NCBI GenBank assembly: GCA_965248195.1
Contig: CBDFIQ010000001.1
Location: 1,280,001-1,344,000, forward strand
Length of the DNA stretch: 64,000 nucleotides
Direction of reading: 5' to 3'
Source: Longimicrobiales bacterium
Lineage (GTDB): Bacteria; Gemmatimonadota; Gemmatimonadetes; Longimicrobiales; Gaopeijiaceae
In this document: positions 58,911-64,000 of the stretch, piece by piece
How positions within the stretch are numbered: the first letter of the stretch is position 1
Layout of the letters: each line of letters starts with the position of its first letter
Made by a program: the position numbers and the translations under genes
The notes under the pieces: generated by a model
The model's input: only the letters and a program-made list of their open reading frames with translations
What the model was told of the DNA's origin: nothing
Database searches by the model: none

Positions 58911-59075
58911 CTGCAGATCCGACATCAAATAGCGGACACAGCGACTGGAAATGCGGATGTGTGGAGGTCCGTTTCCGTTGAACCGTCGCATCTCCAGGAA
59001 GCGAGGGGTGAGACCGAGGTATGCCGCCGCCTCTTGGGCTGTTAGCAGGCGGTCGTTTTCATTGCCATGCTTCAT
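58887..59075 (-). pseudogene. Excisionase/AlpA-like HTH protein, C-terminus replaced by the IS256 end
   Basis: LLTAQEAAAYLGL..FLE.RR..G.GPP.IRI...VRY..SDL; the last 7 codons lie inside the IS256 TIR. Confidence 0.75.
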
Positions 59076-59256
59076 CAACTCACTCCATCCTTGCGCGGTG
59101 AATCCCTAACGATGCATGGATGGTGCGAGGACTCCCGTTACGACTCAAGCGATGGGAGCTGAAATCGGCTGGTTACGGCCCTAAGTACCTAATAGAGTGC
59201 CCTTGGTGCGGCGGAAACGCCGAGACCGCCTATCGGCAGAGTGTCGTTTGGTGGTG

Positions 59257-60249
59257 CTAGAACGAGCCCTCAGTGAGGGGTCCCAGCAGGATGGCGGGGA
59301 TCTTCGCCGGGCGTCGAGGGGCGTCACGGAGCTGGAGTGGCAGGAGGTTGGAAATCCTTCCGACGGCCTTGGCAACTGCCTTCGCCGACGGTTCTCGACC
59401 GCCCGGGTTCCCTTGCCTCTGCAGGAAGGAAATTCGGTCAAAGCTCCTTCTACTCGGTGGATCGCCGGTTGGGAACTGATGCTGCACGGTCCAGAGGTAG
59501 GGGTCGCCCGCACGGTGCCTTATGTCAGGCATCGGCTCGAACCCCTCGGCGCTCACCCACTCCTCTACCGTGTGACGGTATTCCTCAAGTTGGGAATCGA
59601 CGCGATTACGGATCGCCTTCGGTAGCTTATCGCCGCCCAATTTCCGCCTGGCGAGACGTCGTGCCTTCTTAGCATACAAACCCCATGCCAGCCGCACGTT
59701 GAGTCCGTGCATCAGCACGCTTGTGCCCGGCTTCAGGACCATTTCCCAGTCCGGCGCGGCTAGGCCGTCGTCAAGCGGATGATCGAGGGAAAACTCATTG
59801 GGGAGGACTGTGGGCTCCAAGATGGATGCAGTGTATTTATCTCCCTCTTCCTCTATCTCCGCTTCTTCCCAAACAACCAATGCCATTCCGCCGACGTACA
59901 GGAGAACCGACTCGAGCGCAGCGCGCCAAAGCCAGTGGTCGTAGAGGCGATACTTTTGACACCACTCCCGAAACGCACCCGCAAGCCCCCTCGCCGCCCC
60001 CGACCCGTGGTCCAGTCTATAGAGGAAAGCGGTGATATTCGAGCCGATAAACTCCTTGAGGGCGCGTGCGTCGTCATGCGTCCCGAGTTCGGCAGCGAAG
60101 TCGCGTGCTGGGGGCACGACCGATTCCTCAAGATCCTTCCGAAGTTGTGGGACGTTTTCCTCGACAAGTCTCGCGAAGTGCATCCGTGCGTGGATCTGAA
60201 GACTCTCGGTGTCCGGGTGATACCACGAAGAGGCGCGGCGGGGCGACAC
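59257..60249 (-). CDS. Hypothetical protein directly downstream of the integrase
   Basis: 330-aa ORF whose GTG abuts the integrase stop; no motif recognised. Confidence 0.65.
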   Translation of the reverse strand: MSPRRASSWYHPDTESLQIHARMHFARLVEENVPQLRKDLEESVVPPARDFAAELGTHDDARALKEFIGSNITAFLYRLDHGSGAARGLAGAFREWCQKYRLYDHWLWRAALESVLLYVGGMALVVWEEAEIEEEGDKYTASILEPTVLPNEFSLDHPLDDGLAAPDWEMVLKPGTSVLMHGLNVRLAWGLYAKKARRLARRKLGGDKLPKAIRNRVDSQLEEYRHTVEEWVSAEGFEPMPDIRHRAGDPYLWTVQHQFPTGDPPSRRSFDRISFLQRQGNPGGREPSAKAVAKAVGRISNLLPLQLRDAPRRPAKIPAILLGPLTEGSF

Positions 60250-61407
60250 CTACGGTCCCAGCGAAGGGAGCTTGAGGACCTCACCCATTCGTTCCCCTAG
60301 TACGTCCATAGCTTGTTTGGACTGCTTATCCGCGAGCCGGGCGTATACTGCGGTCACAGCGGGGTGGGAGTGGTTTAAGATCTTCCCGATCACTTGGATC
60401 GGGGTCCCCTGTTGAGCCATCCAGCTTCCCACGGTTCGGCGCAGGTCGTGCAAGCGCACATCCTCGAGTCCTGCTTTCTGGCGAACCCGCTCCCATTGCC
60501 CCTTGATGTCCTTCCGGTGCCTGTCGAAGCGCCCTGGGAATACCCAGGGACAGTCCTGCTGTCGTGGCAGGCTCCTGAAGACATGAGCGGCTTCGGGAGA
60601 CAGATGGATGACATGTGGGCGCCCTGATTTCGTATCAGGAAGGCGAAGTTCGCGGCGTTCGAGGTCCACATCCACCCATCTGGTCGCCAGCAATTCAGTC
60701 TTCCTTAGCCCGGTCAGGAGGTAGAGTAGGGTGGCAGCCTGCACGTAGGGGTCTGCCTCTTCGCTCACAGCCTTCATCAGACGCTTGACCTCGGGTTCCT
60801 TGAGCCAGCGGTCGCGAGCCTTTTCCCTGTTCCGGTGCACGCCACGGGCTGGGTTGGGGTGACCGGCGGGTACGTATCCCCATTCCTCGGCCTTGCTAAA
60901 TAAGTGGCTAACCAGCGCGAGTACCCGGTTTGCCTCCGTCGGCGCTCGCAGGCTCACCTTTTGGTGGAGCCAGGCAACGTCCTGTCGTCGAACATCAATG
61001 AGTGAGTGCGATCCGAGGGCCGGGACGACGTGCCTTTCGAGCCGGCGCTCGTCTCCACGCCACGTCTTTTTCGCTCCCTTCGCGTAGTCCTGTACGTAGG
61101 TCTTGGCGAACTGCTTGATAGTCGTGTCCGTAGGTGGGCGGCCATCGAGAGGGTCTGCTCCGTCCTGAACGGCTACAAGAAAGCTGCGGGCCTTCTTGCG
61201 GGCCTGGTCCAGAGTGAGGGTACCGTATTGGCCGACGGTCGTGAAACGGGAGTTGCGTTGGCCCGGCTTTCGATACTGGATCACGAAGGACTTCTTCCCG
61301 CTGGGGTAGATCCGCACGCCGAACCCAGAGGGCTGGTCGTCCCACCGTATGTCCTTTCCTGAACCGGCGTAGCGAAAGGAGTCGATCTGCCGCTTCGTGA
61401 GAGCCAT
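60250..61407 (-). CDS. Tyrosine integrase with an N-terminal arm-binding domain
   Basis: WDD..GFGVRI..SGKKSF N-terminus; catalytic TGLR, DTK, HDLRR, LNH, VYA all present. Confidence 0.95.
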   Translation of the reverse strand: MALTKRQIDSFRYAGSGKDIRWDDQPSGFGVRIYPSGKKSFVIQYRKPGQRNSRFTTVGQYGTLTLDQARKKARSFLVAVQDGADPLDGRPPTDTTIKQFAKTYVQDYAKGAKKTWRGDERRLERHVVPALGSHSLIDVRRQDVAWLHQKVSLRAPTEANRVLALVSHLFSKAEEWGYVPAGHPNPARGVHRNREKARDRWLKEPEVKRLMKAVSEEADPYVQAATLLYLLTGLRKTELLATRWVDVDLERRELRLPDTKSGRPHVIHLSPEAAHVFRSLPRQQDCPWVFPGRFDRHRKDIKGQWERVRQKAGLEDVRLHDLRRTVGSWMAQQGTPIQVIGKILNHSHPAVTAVYARLADKQSKQAMDVLGERMGEVLKLPSLGP

Positions 61408-61576
61408 ATGCCGAACGTCCCAGGTGCACTCAAACTTGAGTCAGCCATAAGTCAACCAGCTGCATGAAAGACTATGCAGGAGTGAAGAAACAAATATACC
61501 CTCAGGGAGTGATACATTACAGGCTATATAGGGTTTATCGGTGTGTTCGCGGGGGCATGTGTAGGGTGACGCCTTG

Positions 61577-61623
61577 TGACTCTTAATCAGTAGGTTCGGG
61601 GTTCGAGTCCCTGGCGGGGCACT
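61577..61623 (+). repeat. attR: duplicated 3' part of tRNA-Lys
   Basis: Identical to 43464-43510; lacks the 5' acceptor strand and D-arm. Confidence 0.95.
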
Positions 61624-61763
61624 GGCGGTAAGTCCTTTTTAAATACAGGGACTTCCACTTTTGCTGCGGCACAGTGTTAACGCAGTGTAGTTGTCTTCTG
61701 CGGAACTCAAGAGATTTGAAGATCGCGACCTGAGCAGGTTACCGCTGCCGTTGCTAGCAGCTG

Positions 61764-62174
61764 TTATCTTCGGGCATTAACTGAGCCGCCAAGAAACAAT
61801 CGGCTGCCATCGGGAAGCGTAAAATTGCTTCCTACCGCTTTGTTCGTCCTGTCTTTGGCGTGATAGCCCTCGACCACCAGCACGGTTCCTATAAGCACCG
61901 TGTTTTGCGTCACGCCATTGCGTATCAGCTGATTCGGGCTACCGCCCTCCACCTCCCATCGGGCCACCTCGCCGTCCGGGCCTTCGACGTCAATATGGAA
62001 CCACGAGTGGGGATTGATCATTTCCCACACGGCAAGTTTGCCTTCGAGGGTCAGCGGACTGTCGATGTCGAATTCTGCAGCAAATGCGTGATGGGCCCAT
62101 ACAGGAATGGCCGCGAGAATGGCCGCGAGTGCCAACGCGACGCCTACGATCGCAACTATCATTCGGGTTTGCAT
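61764..62174 (-). CDS. DUF6152-like secreted protein
   Basis: Signal peptide then AHHAFAAEFD, INPHSW, WEVEGGSPN, TLPDG; GAGGAGG RBS. Confidence 0.8.
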   Translation of the reverse strand: MQTRMIVAIVGVALALAAILAAIPVWAHHAFAAEFDIDSPLTLEGKLAVWEMINPHSWFHIDVEGPDGEVARWEVEGGSPNQLIRNGVTQNTVLIGTVLVVEGYHAKDRTNKAVGSNFTLPDGSRLFLGGSVNARR

Positions 62175-62187
62175 CGGAATGCCCTCC

Positions 62188-63210
62188 TCAATTCGGTTTT
62201 TTTGCCGCTGCTTCTTCTGCCGCCAGTTTTTCTTCGAGACGGGCGCCAACCAGGGTGTTATACAGACCGTAATTGCCCTCGTGGCAGGCGTGTTCGAACA
62301 TCGGACCGATTGTCTGTTTCATCAGAAGTTCGGCAGACCAGGGGCGGGTCCACATCGTTTCATCATCGATCGTGAATCTATAAACCATCGTTTCGTCATC
62401 GATTCGGGTAAAGCGTTCGGTCACACGCTTGTTCTCGGTGGATCCATTGATAGGATTCTTGCCGTTGAAGTTCGCGGTCTCCACCACCAGGGTCTCGCCC
62501 TCCCAATGCCCCCGCGAGGTGCCCATCCACTGGCGAATCTTTGCGTCGGCCTGCTCTCGACCATCCAACGGAATGATGCGGGCATCATGAATCATTTCAA
62601 CCAGGATCATGACGTAATCCCGATTCTGCACGATCTGGTAGTTGCTGTTGTAACCGGTGTTCATCATGGGCGGACCGGACCCCCCCATGATGATGCAACG
62701 GTCATCCAGTTGATTGTTTTCGGCAGAGTCCCAACGTCCGCCCCTCAGCCGGTCTTCCTCTTCGCGCTGCGCCGTGATCCGTTGACCTTCGGTTGTCATG
62801 GCAGGGATTCTTCCACTCGGGGGATCGAAAATGAGTGAGGTTCGCAGACCGGTTGCGAGAGTGGCCTGACTCCGGTCGAGTCCGAATTGAGTGAAGTCAT
62901 AGTGCACGTCTGCCGTCGTGCCCGGAACGGTCTGAGCGCTTTCCCGCTCCAACGCACGCGCTTCAATTGCAGCAACTTCTTCCGCCGTGTAGAACTCGCC
63001 GGTCACGCCATCGCGCCGCTGCAACGGCGTATAAGTTGCGTTCGACCAGAACCCCTCGAAATCCGGTTGCCCGTCCGCCGTGCGGGGCACCGTGTAGCCA
63101 TCGGCCGGACTCGGGTTTCGTACCTGCGCGCCAACCAGGTTGGCCGTCAGTAAAGAGGCTGCAAACAAGGCGGCGGCAATACTGCCTGAAGTGAGAAATC
63201 GATGATTCAT
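62188..63210 (-). CDS. Secreted hypothetical protein (PRTADGQPD...W / RC / FEHACHEGN family)
   Basis: ATG 63210 with signal peptide; GTSRGHWEGETLVVET, ERFTR, EHACHEGN. Confidence 0.82.
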   Translation of the reverse strand: MNHRFLTSGSIAAALFAASLLTANLVGAQVRNPSPADGYTVPRTADGQPDFEGFWSNATYTPLQRRDGVTGEFYTAEEVAAIEARALERESAQTVPGTTADVHYDFTQFGLDRSQATLATGLRTSLIFDPPSGRIPAMTTEGQRITAQREEEDRLRGGRWDSAENNQLDDRCIIMGGSGPPMMNTGYNSNYQIVQNRDYVMILVEMIHDARIIPLDGREQADAKIRQWMGTSRGHWEGETLVVETANFNGKNPINGSTENKRVTERFTRIDDETMVYRFTIDDETMWTRPWSAELLMKQTIGPMFEHACHEGNYGLYNTLVGARLEEKLAAEEAAAKKPN

Positions 63211-63229
63211 CTGAAATCTCCTGCGGGAA

Positions 63230-64000
63230 TCAATTAGGTTTTTTCGCCGCTGCCTCTTCCGCCGCCAATTTCTCTTCGAGGCGAGCTCCGGCCAAGGTGT
63301 TAGCCAGACCGTAATTACCCTCATGGCAGGCGTGTTCGAACATCGGACCGATTGTCTGTTTCATCAGAAGTTCGGCAGACCAGGGGCGGGCCCACATTGT
63401 TTCATCATCGATCGTGAATCTATAAACCATCGTTTCGTCATCGATTCGAGTAAAGCGTTCGGTCACACGCTTGTTCTCGGTGGATCCATTGATAGGATTC
63501 TTGCCGTTGAAGTTCGCGGTCTCCACCACCAGGGTCTCGCCCTCCCAATGCCCCCGCGAGGTGCCCATCCACTGGCGAATCTTTGCGTCGGCCTGCTCTC
63601 GACCATCCAATGGAATGAGGCGGGCATCATGAATCATTTCAACCAGGATCATGACGTAATCCCGATTCTGCACGATCTGGTAGTTGCTGTTATAGGCCGC
63701 GTTCATCATGGGCGGGCCGGAACCCCTCATGATCAGGCAACGCATGCCCACGCTCAAGTTTTCGGCAGCGTCATAGCGTCCGCCCCTCAGCCGGGCTTCC
63801 TCTTCACGCTGTGCCATGAGCCGCTGACCTTCAGCAGTCCGGGGAGGGATTCTTCCACTCGGGGGATCGAAAATGAGTGAGGTTCGCAGACCGGTTGCCA
63901 TAGTGGCCTGACTCCGGTCGAGTCCGAATTGAGTGAAGTCATAGTGCACGTCCGCCCTCGTGCCCGGAACGGTCTGAGCGCTTTCCCGCTCCAACTCACG
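63230..64000 (-). CDS. Near-identical tandem paralog of 62188-63210, 5' end outside window
   Basis: Nucleotide repeat with a period of 1042 bp; same C-terminus ..EEAAAKKPN. Confidence 0.85.
   Translation of the reverse strand, partial: RELERESAQTVPGTRADVHYDFTQFGLDRSQATMATGLRTSLIFDPPSGRIPPRTAEGQRLMAQREEEARLRGGRYDAAENLSVGMRCLIMRGSGPPMMNAAYNSNYQIVQNRDYVMILVEMIHDARLIPLDGREQADAKIRQWMGTSRGHWEGETLVVETANFNGKNPINGSTENKRVTERFTRIDDETMVYRFTIDDETMWARPWSAELLMKQTIGPMFEHACHEGNYGLANTLAGARLEEKLAAEEAAAKKPN

Larger units (their letters stand above)
43464..61623. mobile_element. ~18.1-kb genomic island integrated in tRNA-Lys
   Basis: 47-bp exact direct repeat of the tRNA 3' part at 43464-43510 and 61577-61623; tyrosine integrase next to the distal copy. 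Confidence 0.93.

Noticed and set aside
61577..61623. Second tRNA-Lys gene
   Set aside because: Only the 3' 47 bp are present; it is attR.
43464..61623. Prophage or ICE
   Set aside because: No capsid, terminase, tail, relaxase or T4SS genes recognised.
62188..64000. Diversity-generating retroelement template/variable repeat pair
   Set aside because: The duplication covers whole genes, differences did not look adenine-restricted, and no reverse transcriptase is in the window.

Overview
GC-rich bacterial window. The gene repertoire and protein styles suggest a Gemmatimonadota-like organism, possibly marine or host-associated (inference only). There are four blocks. (1) 1-16.3 kb is a cluster of exported proteins: a partial PQQ dehydrogenase, an NHL/PAL-like lipoprotein, a serine hydrolase, two tandem heme-c/Vgb-propeller paralogs (one frameshifted), an internalin-like LRR lipoprotein, a Tat-exported double-VOC protein, cupins and a CBM9/DUF5916 protein. 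(2) 16.5-43.3 kb is core-like: a PTPS-II + folE + sepiapterin-reductase-like SDR operon (candidate tetrahydrobiopterin pathway), an OsmC-family gene hit by a 303-bp MITE, fadD-cutA-TPR-macro-transglutaminase-ABC, terB, DUF445, DUF72, msrB, an acyl-CoA dehydrogenase and a frameshifted choice-of-anchor B gene. Many gene starts and stops in this block are themselves tandemly duplicated. (3) 43.5-61.6 kb is an ~18.1-kb island integrated in tRNA-Lys(CTT), with 47-bp attL/attR, candidate arm-type sites and an intact tyrosine integrase. It carries an HsdM-HsdR-integrase chimeric relic, two beta-barrel surface-antigen paralogs, a 1869-aa autotransporter-like adhesin with a C-terminal SPOR domain coupled to a Pal-like lipoprotein, and IS3/IS256 elements. 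(4) 61.7-64 kb holds a DUF6152-like gene and two near-identical tandem paralogs. All family calls come from motifs read by eye; no database search was run.
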